Assembly: GCA_012837885.1 (NCBI GenBank)
Contig: DUQI01000051.1
Coordinates: 1 to 59,332, forward strand
Length of the DNA: 59,332 bases
Source: Fastidiosipila sp.
Lineage (GTDB): Bacteria; Bacillota; Clostridia; Saccharofermentanales; DTU023
Reading direction: 5' to 3'
A program made the translations under genes and the position numbers. Of the stretch, positions 35,661-44,466 are shown piece after piece (the stretch's first letter is position 1; every line of letters starts with the position of its first letter). The notes beneath the pieces were generated by a model. That model saw nothing but the letters and a program-made list of their open reading frames with translations, did not search any database and was not told where the DNA came from.

Positions 35661-36824
35661 CTACACGACAGATGACTCGAGCGGCAACAACATATCGCCT
35701 TTGAAGCGATCGATCCCGAGTGATGAGATATCGATGCTCGGTGTCTCACCGAGAATCAGTTCCGACATCAATTGACCGGTCGCCGGCGCGAGCATGAAGC
35801 CGTGTCCGGAAAAGCCGCAGGCATGGTAAAAACCTTTCGCTTCCGGTGCCTCGTCGTAGATCGGCTGGGCATCGGACGTCATGTTGTATAGCCCCGCCCA
35901 TTGGCGCACGACCTTCAGCCTGGCGAGCCGCGGCATCAGGGTAGTGACCGTTTCGGCCATGTCGTTTAAGAATTTCCACGAGCTGGTCATCCTGAGGTCG
36001 GTCGGCTCGTCTGCGTCTCCTCTGCCCATAATGAACGGTCCGTGCGGAACCTGCTGAATATAGATGTTCAGGCCAAATCCCATAAACATCGCGCTCTGCA
36101 AAGGTTCCACCGGTTCGGTCACGAGGATCTGGTGTCGTCTCGAGTAAACCGGCAAGTCGGCGCCGGCCAGTTCGGCCATCTGCTTAGACCAGCCGCCGGC
36201 CGCGTTCACGACGATCGGCGCCTTGATATCGCCCTTATCGGTTTTCACGCCGCTGACTCTGCCACCTGTTTTTTCGATGCCGGTCACGATCGTATTCTTT
36301 TCAATGTCGATGCCTAGATCCATCGCTGCCTTGACGAACGCCTCTACCGTCTTGAACGGATTCAAGTGACCGTCTCTGCCGCAGAAAGTCGCCGCCTTGA
36401 TGTGACTGACATCGAGGTGGGGCATCATGTCTTTCGCTTCTTCGGGCGACAGATAACTCGACTCGATGCCGAGGCTGTTTTGCAGCGTCACATTCTTTCT
36501 AAACTGCTCGGCCTCCAGCTCATCTTTGGCGCCGATCAGGTAACCGCCCTGCCAGAATTCGACGTCGACATCGTTTTTCAAGATCTCATTGACGTTTTCA
36601 AAATACTCAACGGAGAATTTCGAGAGCAGACAGTTTAACTCGACCCCCCACTGCATGCGGATACCGGCGCCGCAGCGTCCGGTCGCCCCGTTTCCGGGAA
36701 ATGTCTTTTCCAGTATGACGATGTCCTTGACACCTTTTTTGGCAAGATGCACACCGATCGCAAGACCGGAGATACCGGCACCAATGATCACCACGTCTGC
36801 CGTTTTACGCATCGCTATCACCAC
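35661..36824 (-). CDS. FAD-dependent oxidoreductase, DAO/SoxB/HcnC-like (putative catalytic beta subunit)
   Basis: N-terminal dinucleotide fold DVVIIGAGISGLAIGVHLAKKG..ILEK. ~390 aa, typical of sarcosine oxidase beta / proline dehydrogenase beta. Confidence 0.8.
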   Translation of the reverse strand: MVIAMRKTADVVIIGAGISGLAIGVHLAKKGVKDIVILEKTFPGNGATGRCGAGIRMQWGVELNCLLSKFSVEYFENVNEILKNDVDVEFWQGGYLIGAKDELEAEQFRKNVTLQNSLGIESSYLSPEEAKDMMPHLDVSHIKAATFCGRDGHLNPFKTVEAFVKAAMDLGIDIEKNTIVTGIEKTGGRVSGVKTDKGDIKAPIVVNAAGGWSKQMAELAGADLPVYSRRHQILVTEPVEPLQSAMFMGFGLNIYIQQVPHGPFIMGRGDADEPTDLRMTSSWKFLNDMAETVTTLMPRLARLKVVRQWAGLYNMTSDAQPIYDEAPEAKGFYHACGFSGHGFMLAPATGQLMSELILGETPSIDISSLGIDRFKGDMLLPLESSVV

Positions 36825-37638
36825 CTTCCGCCAGTTGACCGAGCGTTACCGTTCCTCCCGGTGGTCTAAAGCTTCCGGGCGGCATATCCTCGGTCTTGCC
36901 TATGCCGGCACGCATCAATTCGCCCATGATGATCTGGCGACACGTACGTCCCTGACATGGGCCCATACCGGCGCGCGACAAGTGCTTGATCTCCTCGACC
37001 GTATGACAACCGGCCGCGATCAGGTCACGTATTTCAGCGAGCGTCACACCTTCACAGCGGCAGACGATCGGCGATTCGAGCGATTCGATATCGGCCGTCT
37101 TCTCCGCCTCTGTATCGTCTTTTAGCGCCGCCTGCTCCTCTTCGCTCAGGAAGCGAAAGCCCCTGATATCCTGCAACTTATCCTTCGGCAGACGAAGGGT
37201 CACGAGCGGCGTTCTGGCACCTTTGACATTGCTGATCGCGACGACTTCAACCGGCTCGACATCTCCACCTTCACGTGACAGAGCCATCACGGTCTGTCCT
37301 TTTTCCGGTAGCGGCCAGTACTCGTACGGCAGGCGCAGTGTGCCGAAATCGCCGGGTTTCGACTCATCGACGATGAAGATCGCAAGTCCGGGACAGATGC
37401 CGGCACAGACAGCACAGCCGGTGCACTTGTCAAAATCGACGAGCGGCAGACTGTTCACGTCTTCGAACGGCAGGATCGCATCGAATGTGCAAGACATCAC
37501 GCACGGGTTGCACGGAATCTCTTCGAAGCATTCGATCACGGCGTACGGACCTTTCTTTCGTTGCTCTTCACTTGGCAGACACGTACTCATCTCGTGCGGA
37601 CCGGCGAGACCGGTCTGTTCAAATTTGTCGTAACTCAT
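36805..37638 (-). CDS. iron-sulfur subunit: 4Fe-4S ferredoxin motif plus BFD-like [2Fe-2S] domain
   Basis: CTGCAVCAGICP motif and a C-terminal CRCEGV...GPCQGRTC pattern. Confidence 0.7.
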   Translation of the reverse strand: MSYDKFEQTGLAGPHEMSTCLPSEEQRKKGPYAVIECFEEIPCNPCVMSCTFDAILPFEDVNSLPLVDFDKCTGCAVCAGICPGLAIFIVDESKPGDFGTLRLPYEYWPLPEKGQTVMALSREGGDVEPVEVVAISNVKGARTPLVTLRLPKDKLQDIRGFRFLSEEEQAALKDDTEAEKTADIESLESPIVCRCEGVTLAEIRDLIAAGCHTVEEIKHLSRAGMGPCQGRTCRQIIMGELMRAGIGKTEDMPPGSFRPPGGTVTLGQLAEGGDSDA

Positions 37639-38720
37639 GAGTACACCCCCGCTAATGCCAGTCCGGTCCTGATCTTACCGCCCGTCGGACCTGCCCTGAG
37701 CTGCCTCAGCTCGGCCAGACAGCTCTCTTTAAGTTGATCGGTGTCCGGCGTCTCGTAACCGAGTTTCTGGGCGGCGGCCACGCCGGCCAGTTCGCCTTCA
37801 ACCATCGCCGAACTCGCTTCTTCGATTCCGGCGACGTCGCCGGCGATATAGATGTTTTCGAGCGTCGTCATCATGTTCTGATCGCGAAGCGGCACATGCC
37901 CGCCGAGCGGACTGATATAAAACGACTTCGCACCGGCCTGATACAGAAGATCGGCCAGCGGAGACAGCCCGACGGCGACACAGATCACATCGACGTCCAA
38001 GACCTGCCTCGTCTCCTTGATCGGCTGCCATTCGTCATCGATCTCCACGATCACCGCCTGCTCGACTTCACTGTCGCCGAGCGCGGCCTCAACCGTATGT
38101 CTGACCAGAATCGGCACACCGGCTCGACGGATCTTGCTCGCATGCACAAGATAGCCACCGATCCGATCTGCCGCATCGATCACGGCTTTGACTTTGACAC
38201 CGGCCTGCATCAGTTGGTAGGAGACGATCAGACCGATATTACCGGCACCGACCATCAAGACCTGGTCGCCCGGTTTGATGCCGTATTCATTCATCAGCGT
38301 CTGTACGGCGCCGGCACCGTAGACACCCGGCAGATCATTCCCCGGGAACGCCAGCGTCCGTTCGTAGGCACCGGTCGCGACGATCACGGCCTGAGGGCGT
38401 ATCTTTTCAATGGTCCCTGCGATATCGGCGGTGACCACGCCGTCCTCGTAGATGCCGAGTACGGTCGCATCGGTTAATATCTCAACCTTCCCTGGCAGAT
38501 CCTTCGTCCGCCCTGCGAGAATATCGACGATATGGATGCCACGGGTCGACGCAAACTGCTTTTCCGAACCGAAAAACTTATGCGTCTGTTTGACCAGTTG
38601 TCCGCCGATCTTCTTGGCACGCTCCAGAAGCAACACATCGCAGCCGGCTTCAGCGGCGCGATACGCGGCGGAGAGTCCGGCCGGACCGGCGCCGATGATC
38701 AGTAAAGGTACGTCTCTCAT
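37635..38720 (-). CDS. NAD(P)/FAD-dependent oxidoreductase (pyridine nucleotide-disulfide family; putative alpha subunit)
   Basis: Two Rossmann motifs: LLIIGAGPAGLSAAYRAAEAG and VLMVGAGNIGLIVSYQLMQAG. Confidence 0.8.
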   Translation of the reverse strand: MRDVPLLIIGAGPAGLSAAYRAAEAGCDVLLLERAKKIGGQLVKQTHKFFGSEKQFASTRGIHIVDILAGRTKDLPGKVEILTDATVLGIYEDGVVTADIAGTIEKIRPQAVIVATGAYERTLAFPGNDLPGVYGAGAVQTLMNEYGIKPGDQVLMVGAGNIGLIVSYQLMQAGVKVKAVIDAADRIGGYLVHASKIRRAGVPILVRHTVEAALGDSEVEQAVIVEIDDEWQPIKETRQVLDVDVICVAVGLSPLADLLYQAGAKSFYISPLGGHVPLRDQNMMTTLENIYIAGDVAGIEEASSAMVEGELAGVAAAQKLGYETPDTDQLKESCLAELRQLRAGPTGGKIRTGLALAGVYS

Positions 38721-39025
38721 GGCAATACCCCCTTGTCATTCTGGGAGCGCACATCCATGCCTTCTTCCAGCTGCTCGACACAGACGCGCACATTCGGCAC
38801 GCCGTTGACGACCATCAAGCAGGATGAGCAGTTGCCGATCGCGCAGTAAAAGCCGCGCGGCCGATGCGATTTAAAGTGATGCCCGAGTACGCGCACCCCG
38901 GCGGCATGAAGTGCAGACGCGATCGTGTCGCCTTCTTTGCCCGACAGCGCTTTGCCATCGAAATAAAACGTCAGCGTTCTTTTTTCCGGAAACGTCAGAA
39001 TCGGGTGATGTTCAATGCGATTCAA
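38717..39025 (-). CDS. small [2Fe-2S]-binding subunit (HcnA / sarcosine oxidase alpha N-terminal-like)
   Basis: FYFDGKALSGKEGDTIASAL...RPRGFYCAIGNCSSCLMVVNGVPNVRVC. Start is uncertain. TTG 39025 has a strong GGGGGAGG RBS 8 nt upstream; the ORF-track start is 39070 and ATG 39067 is an alternative. Confidence 0.65.
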   Translation of the reverse strand: MNRIEHHPILTFPEKRTLTFYFDGKALSGKEGDTIASALHAAGVRVLGHHFKSHRPRGFYCAIGNCSSCLMVVNGVPNVRVCVEQLEEGMDVRSQNDKGVLP

Positions 39026-39201
39026 TTGATTAACCTCCCCCAGAGAATCGTGCCACAAAGACACCATCAAAAGTATAGCCGAAATGAAGCGTTTACGGCA
39101 GAGGTCTGGGCAGATTGCCTAATCGCTGTAGACGTGCCAGGTGACCGACAAGATGAATTCTCATGATATGCTTGAGACACTAACCTCTGGAGGAACGACA
39201 C

Positions 39202-39570
39202 ATGATTTTCCGTATGGATCATATGAACATCAATACCATCGACCTCGATAAATCGCTTAGCTTCTACAAAGAAGCCTTCGGCTTGCAAGAGATTCGCCGA
39301 AACGAGGCAAAAGACGGCAGCTTCATTTTGGTCTACCTGACCGATGAACCGAAAGCCTTTATTTTAGAGATCACCTGGCTCGCCGATCGAAAAGATCCGT
39401 ACGATCTGGACGACAGCGAAATTCACCTTTGCTTCCGTGTCGACGATTACGATGCGGCACTCAAAAAACACAAAGAGATGGGCATCGTCTGCATGGAGAA
39501 CGATAAGATGGGAATCTACTTCGTCGAAGATCCGGACGGTCACTGGGTAGAGGTCGCACCGGAGCGTTAA
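39202..39570 (+). CDS. VOC family protein / glyoxalase I-like
   Basis: 122 aa, HMNINTIDLDKSLSFYKEAFGL...FVEDPDGHWVEV. GGAGGA RBS 7 nt upstream. Confidence 0.8.
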   Translation: MIFRMDHMNINTIDLDKSLSFYKEAFGLQEIRRNEAKDGSFILVYLTDEPKAFILEITWLADRKDPYDLDDSEIHLCFRVDDYDAALKKHKEMGIVCMENDKMGIYFVEDPDGHWVEVAPER

Positions 39571-39604
39571 AAACGATCCAGCAACGCTTCTTCTCATTGC
39601 ACGC

Positions 39605-39610
39605 TATAAT
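39605..39610 (+). promoter_or_regulatory. TATAAT box 6 nt upstream of the ABC-F start codon (possible leaderless promoter)
   Basis: cgcTATAATgggcgaATG. There is no Shine-Dalgarno and no convincing -35. Confidence 0.3.
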
Positions 39611-39616
39611 GGGCGA

Positions 39617-41482
39617 ATGAGCCGAATTATCGCGTCACATGTCTCAAAATCGCGTTTTGCCAAACCGGTCCTGGTCGACGTCTCTTTCACCTTGACCGAC
39701 GGCCAGATGATCGCCTTGACGGGCGAAAACGGCAGCGGCAAGACGACGCTTTTAGACCTGATCGCAGGTGTCTTACCGCTTGATCCCGAAGAAGGAACGA
39801 TTCAGATCGCCCAGGGCTCGACTATCGGTTATGTCAGGCAGCGTTTCGATCTGACGGCCGAAGACGCTTTTTTCGATGAAGATCTTTTCTTACTCGAAAA
39901 ACGGCTACGTGCGCTCGAAGCGAAGATGGCGGACGGCGATCACAGTAAAAAGACACTTGCCGCCTACGATCAGGCGATGAGTGAAGTCGATGCGCTCGAT
40001 GCCTACGGCATCCGGCATCGGCTGGAGGAAGCATACCGCGGCTTCGGCCTCGATGAGACAATCTTTTCGCGATCGCTTTCCACCTTGTCCGGTGGCGAGC
40101 GGATGCGGATCGAGCTCGCCTCGTGTCTCGTTAGACGTCCCGATATCCTGTTGCTCGACGAACCGACGAACCATCTCGACCTAGCCGGCATGCGTTATCT
40201 CGAAAACTGGCTCAAAAAGTATAGCGGCTGCTGTCTTTTCGTGTCGCATGACCGTACCTTCATGGATCAAGTGGCAACCGACGTCATGCGTCTTTCCGGG
40301 GGCTCGATCGACATCGTGCGCGGCAACTACTCGCATTTTTTGGACGTCCAGGCGATGCGCGAAGCCGATCTCTCGGTACAGATCTCGACGCAGGAAAAAC
40401 TGTTGAAAAAAGAGCGTGAGATCACGCAGACGATGCTTTCGCACCGAAAGATCAGTCAGTATCATCACCGAAAACGACGCGCCGAAAAGATGGCCGGCGA
40501 GCTCTCCCGCTTGAAGGCGGCAGCCAGAAAAAAAGATCGCACACTCGGTCTTCGTTTTGCGACCACACCAGACGACAGCGATCTCGATCGCGTCGTCTTG
40601 TCGCTCGACCATCTGTCCGGCGGCTATGATTCCCCCTTGTTTTCAGGCCTGACGGCCAGGATAAAGGCCAATGAGAGAATCGCAATTCTCGGTCCAAACG
40701 GCTGCGGCAAATCGACGCTGCTCTCGATCCTGTCTGGCAATATGGCGCCTCTGGCCGGATCGTATCGTTTTGCCGCTGGCATCAAGAAAGGAAGCCTCGC
40801 CCAGCATATCCGCTTCGACCAGGCGTATGCCACGATCGACAGCGAAGTACGCCGGTTCACCGGAGGCGATTCGGAAACGGGTATAAGAACGAGACTGGCT
40901 CAATACGGATTCGACGACACGGATCGTCATAAAAAGCTGAATGTGCTGTCCGGCGGCGAAGCAGCCAGAGTTGCGCTACTGAAGCTCCTCTATGAAAAGC
41001 CGTCGTTTCTCCTGCTCGACGAACCGACGAACCATCTCGATATCTATACGAGAGAGATGCTCCAGCATGAGCTCGCACGTTATCCAGGCACCTTACTCTT
41101 CATCTCGCATGACCGGCATTTTTTGCGTCACGTGGCGACCTCTATCTGGGGATTTGTCGGAAAAAACATCCTGCCTTTCAAGCGCTATGAAGACTGGCTC
41201 GCGGCCTGTGATCAAGAGCTGAAAAGACTTGACGAGGAAGACAGCGAGCAAGCAGCGCCAACAAAGGACATGAACCGCGCGGAAAAACGCCGCGAGGCGG
41301 CCTTGAGACGTCGGACGATCTCTGATCTCGAGGCTAAGATTACTTCTTTGGAGGCAACGATTGCCGAGATTGAAAAATCACTCGACGAAAACAGCGGACC
41401 GGAGATTTATGAGGAGTACGCCAAGCTTATGGCGTCACTCGATCAAATGACAGACCGTTATCTCAATCTGCTCGTCGACTGA
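39617..41482 (+). CDS. ABC-F family ATPase (two ABC domains, no TM; translation factor / ribosome-protection type)
   Basis: Two Walker A motifs (GENGSGKTT and GPNGCGKST), two signatures (LSGGERMR and LSGGEAAR), an inter-domain charged linker, and a C-terminal coiled-coil tail. Confidence 0.85.
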   Translation: MSRIIASHVSKSRFAKPVLVDVSFTLTDGQMIALTGENGSGKTTLLDLIAGVLPLDPEEGTIQIAQGSTIGYVRQRFDLTAEDAFFDEDLFLLEKRLRALEAKMADGDHSKKTLAAYDQAMSEVDALDAYGIRHRLEEAYRGFGLDETIFSRSLSTLSGGERMRIELASCLVRRPDILLLDEPTNHLDLAGMRYLENWLKKYSGCCLFVSHDRTFMDQVATDVMRLSGGSIDIVRGNYSHFLDVQAMREADLSVQISTQEKLLKKEREITQTMLSHRKISQYHHRKRRAEKMAGELSRLKAAARKKDRTLGLRFATTPDDSDLDRVVLSLDHLSGGYDSPLFSGLTARIKANERIAILGPNGCGKSTLLSILSGNMAPLAGSYRFAAGIKKGSLAQHIRFDQAYATIDSEVRRFTGGDSETGIRTRLAQYGFDDTDRHKKLNVLSGGEAARVALLKLLYEKPSFLLLDEPTNHLDIYTREMLQHELARYPGTLLFISHDRHFLRHVATSIWGFVGKNILPFKRYEDWLAACDQELKRLDEEDSEQAAPTKDMNRAEKRREAALRRRTISDLEAKITSLEATIAEIEKSLDENSGPEIYEEYAKLMASLDQMTDRYLNLLVD

Positions 41483-42689
41483 GAGCTTTTTTCGCCGCTT
41501 CGCAGCCGGCCGTCCGTCCGCTCATAAATGCCCAGTGGAGATTGTAGCCGCCTGTTTCCCCGTCGACATCGAGCATTTCACCACACATGAATAGTCCCTC
41601 GTCGATCTGGCTTTCGAGCGTCTTCGTGTCCAGCATCTCGGACGTCACGCCGCCCGACATCACCTGCGCCTGCTCCCAATCGTTGGTACCGAGTACCGAA
41701 AGCTTTGTCTCCTTCACCGCCTGAACGAGAGAAGGAACGGCGACATCGGCGAATGTGCCGGCGTTTTTCTTACCTGACGCGAGCAGTACGGCCAGCTTTT
41801 GCGGCAATAGGCTCGTTAGGATAAACCGTCCGTCACGCGTCGGTTGCAGGGCGATCACATGGCGCAGCCACTTCGCCACCTCGTCGGCAGACATGTGGGG
41901 CGCAAAATCGAGTGTCAATTCGTACGGTCCGCGATCACCTGAGACATAGCGACCGAGTTGCATGGCTGCGATCCCGGTCAGGCCGTTCTTGGTAATCTGG
42001 TATTCGCCGGCACTCGTTTTCACGATCTTTCCCTGCCGGTCTCGCAACGTGCCTTCGGCGATCACCCGGACACCGTCCGCTTTGGCGAGTGTCTTCTCGG
42101 TCACTAAAGACACGAGTGCCGGTTTCGGCGGGCGCAGGCTATACCCTTTCTTTTGTAACAATTTGAAAGCGGTAGCGTCGCCACCGAGCGTGGGCCGCGC
42201 CGTGCCGCCGACGGCGAGAACGAGTGTACGTGCCAGCCGCTCTCCCCTCATCGTACTGAGCCTGAAAGGGCCATGTGACTGTCTCTGAAAATCGACCAAT
42301 TCAGTCTCGAGTTCGAGCGTCACCTGCCATTCTTCCAGCATGTCTTCCATGCTTCTGACGACGGTCTGCGCCTGTCTTGTATATGGATATAGACGGCCTT
42401 CCTCATCGGCGAAAACGAGGACTCCGACGGAGCGCAGGAACGAGGTCAGAGCATCTGCCTGCAAACGGTCCGCCGCAGCTTCGAGCAACGGTCTCGCCTC
42501 AATATTGTAAAAGTTGACGTCGAGATGGAGATTTCCCACATTGCCGCGTCCGCCGCCCGTCACGGCGAGCCTTCTACCGGTGCGCCATTGTTTTTCCAAA
42601 AGGAGCACCTTCGCGCCATGCCTGGCGGCAGTCAAAGAAGCAGCCAGACCGGCCGGTCCCGCCCCGACGACGGCGACGTCGTAGATCAT
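41463..42689 (-). CDS. HI0933/BaiN-family flavoprotein (aminoacetone oxidase family)
   Basis: YDVAVVGAGPAGLAASLTAARHGAKVLLLEK...TGGGRGNVGN and a C-terminal GEMLDVDGETGGYNL motif. Confidence 0.8.
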   Translation of the reverse strand: MIYDVAVVGAGPAGLAASLTAARHGAKVLLLEKQWRTGRRLAVTGGGRGNVGNLHLDVNFYNIEARPLLEAAADRLQADALTSFLRSVGVLVFADEEGRLYPYTRQAQTVVRSMEDMLEEWQVTLELETELVDFQRQSHGPFRLSTMRGERLARTLVLAVGGTARPTLGGDATAFKLLQKKGYSLRPPKPALVSLVTEKTLAKADGVRVIAEGTLRDRQGKIVKTSAGEYQITKNGLTGIAAMQLGRYVSGDRGPYELTLDFAPHMSADEVAKWLRHVIALQPTRDGRFILTSLLPQKLAVLLASGKKNAGTFADVAVPSLVQAVKETKLSVLGTNDWEQAQVMSGGVTSEMLDTKTLESQIDEGLFMCGEMLDVDGETGGYNLHWAFMSGRTAGCEAAKKALSRRAD

Positions 42690-43336
42690 GGGAGGAGGGC
42701 GAGCGCCCGTTGATATTTCGACAAGTTTTCCGGCTTCAAGTCAAAGTGCGTCTGAAAGAGTCGACCGAAATCGAGAAGATCGGTCACATCGCCTTCTTTC
42801 AGTTCGATCTCGACTTCACAGATAGGCTCCGACGGTTTGCCGTCGACGATAAACTGGCCGACATCGAATACGATCTCGAGCAACGATTCACCGAACAGCG
42901 CGTCGTACGCAGTACGTTCGAAAGCGGCCTCCACCACCGGCACAAGGTTCACCGTACGGTACGGTCTGAGTGCGGCATTTAATTCGTCGTCACCGTCACC
43001 GTCCGCCATATCCATGAACACGTCCTGCAGGCCTTCCTCGCGTATACGCTCATTCAGCGCTTCGTCGAGTGTCAGATTCCATTCCAGATGCTGATAGAAT
43101 CCGTCTTCACCTTTCATCGTGCCGATTTTACAGGTGACGACCTGAACGTCGCCTTCTTCTCGCATACGAAGCATGACCTGGTTTTTTCGAAGATCAGCAT
43201 CCGGCGTATCGAGGTAGGTCGTGCGCATCGAGAGCACTTCCGGTTCGTGCGGCGCGAAATCTTCAAACCAATCATCGTTTTGGATGTACTCGGCTTGTTC
43301 CCGGTTGTTCAGGCGTAATTTGATTTCACTTTCCAT
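42686..43336 (-). CDS. CYTH-domain protein (triphosphate tunnel metalloenzyme family)
   Basis: N-terminal ExExK signature (MESEIKL). ~215 aa, with acidic strands (EVEIELKEGD). Confidence 0.65.
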   Translation of the reverse strand: MESEIKLRLNNREQAEYIQNDDWFEDFAPHEPEVLSMRTTYLDTPDADLRKNQVMLRMREEGDVQVVTCKIGTMKGEDGFYQHLEWNLTLDEALNERIREEGLQDVFMDMADGDGDDELNAALRPYRTVNLVPVVEAAFERTAYDALFGESLLEIVFDVGQFIVDGKPSEPICEVEIELKEGDVTDLLDFGRLFQTHFDLKPENLSKYQRALALLP

Positions 43337-43350
43337 CGTTCTTTACTCCT

Positions 43351-44466
43351 TCACTGAATCGCATACGGGAAAATCCCGCGCTCGGAAATGACAATAAACG
43401 TCGTCGGTCCCGTGAACTCGACGCGGTAGAGCATCTCTTCGATAGGCGCCTGCTCGATCACACGACCACCTCGCACATCGATCACCTGGAGCGATGTTTC
43501 GGTCGTCAGTATGGCGTACGTATCGCTGACTGCCGGCATAATCTCCGGTTTTTGGTCGAAGGTGACGAGCTTTTCAAGCTGTCCTGCGGCCGCATAGAGG
43601 GCAAACCCATCCTTGTCGTTACCGGCCAGGACGAGCGCCCGCCCGGCCGCCTGCCAGACGCCTCTGATATCTTTCAACTCGATCTGCCGGCGCTCTGCTT
43701 CCAGCTGTGCGTCCGTCTGGACCAGGGAATGGGCGCCCGCGAGCCAGACACTGCCGTCCGGCAGATATAAAAAGTCAAAGAACCAGTCACGCTCGGCGAA
43801 CGCCAACTCGCGCTGCAGATTGCCTGTGAAATCGTAGCGCTGCAGCGTTACACCGGAGTTTTTGCCGTACAGATCGATCAGCAAGACGTCGATCGATCGG
43901 CCATCCGGGGCAAAGCGTGCCCGCATTGGTGTTTGGCCACGCTCGAACACCGCCAGATCGACCGTCTCATCCGTCTGAAACGTCGTCTTCGTCAAAACGG
44001 TCACGCCGTTTGAGCGAAGCGACAAGGCGAGCATCTGATCGTCTCTGGCGAAGACACTGATGGCTTCACCGGGCAATGATACGCGGTATGTGTTGCCGTT
44101 TCGATCGAGCACGAAAAGGCGTTCTGAAGCCGCCGAACCGACGACCAGCATCGAGCCTTCCTGCAATACGAGCGGCGTAGGAAGATCCGTTTCAAAATGA
44201 ATCCGCTCTTCGCCTTTGGCCGACATCAAGGTGACACCGTCTTGGCCGACGCGGGCTGTGTAATCGCCGATCACGTATGTTTTGGCCGCTTCAGACGTCG
44301 ATATCTCGTAACCGGGTCCGTCGCTCACGACGCGATCGGCCCCGAGCCTCAACGCTTCATCAGGATTGTTTCGAATCCAGAGCAGTAAAAGGAGCGAGGC
44401 GGCCATGATCAGAAGGCAGATGCCCATCAACAGATAGACGTGTTTTTTCGAACCGAGATCATTCAT
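43351..44466 (-). CDS. hypothetical membrane-anchored protein (possible beta-propeller ectodomain)
   Basis: One N-terminal TM helix (VYLLMGICLLIMAASLLLLLWI) followed by a ~330-aa beta-rich region. The start overlaps the thioesterase stop (ATGA). Confidence 0.45.
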   Translation of the reverse strand: MNDLGSKKHVYLLMGICLLIMAASLLLLLWIRNNPDEALRLGADRVVSDGPGYEISTSEAAKTYVIGDYTARVGQDGVTLMSAKGEERIHFETDLPTPLVLQEGSMLVVGSAASERLFVLDRNGNTYRVSLPGEAISVFARDDQMLALSLRSNGVTVLTKTTFQTDETVDLAVFERGQTPMRARFAPDGRSIDVLLIDLYGKNSGVTLQRYDFTGNLQRELAFAERDWFFDFLYLPDGSVWLAGAHSLVQTDAQLEAERRQIELKDIRGVWQAAGRALVLAGNDKDGFALYAAAGQLEKLVTFDQKPEIMPAVSDTYAILTTETSLQVIDVRGGRVIEQAPIEEMLYRVEFTGPTTFIVISERGIFPYAIQ

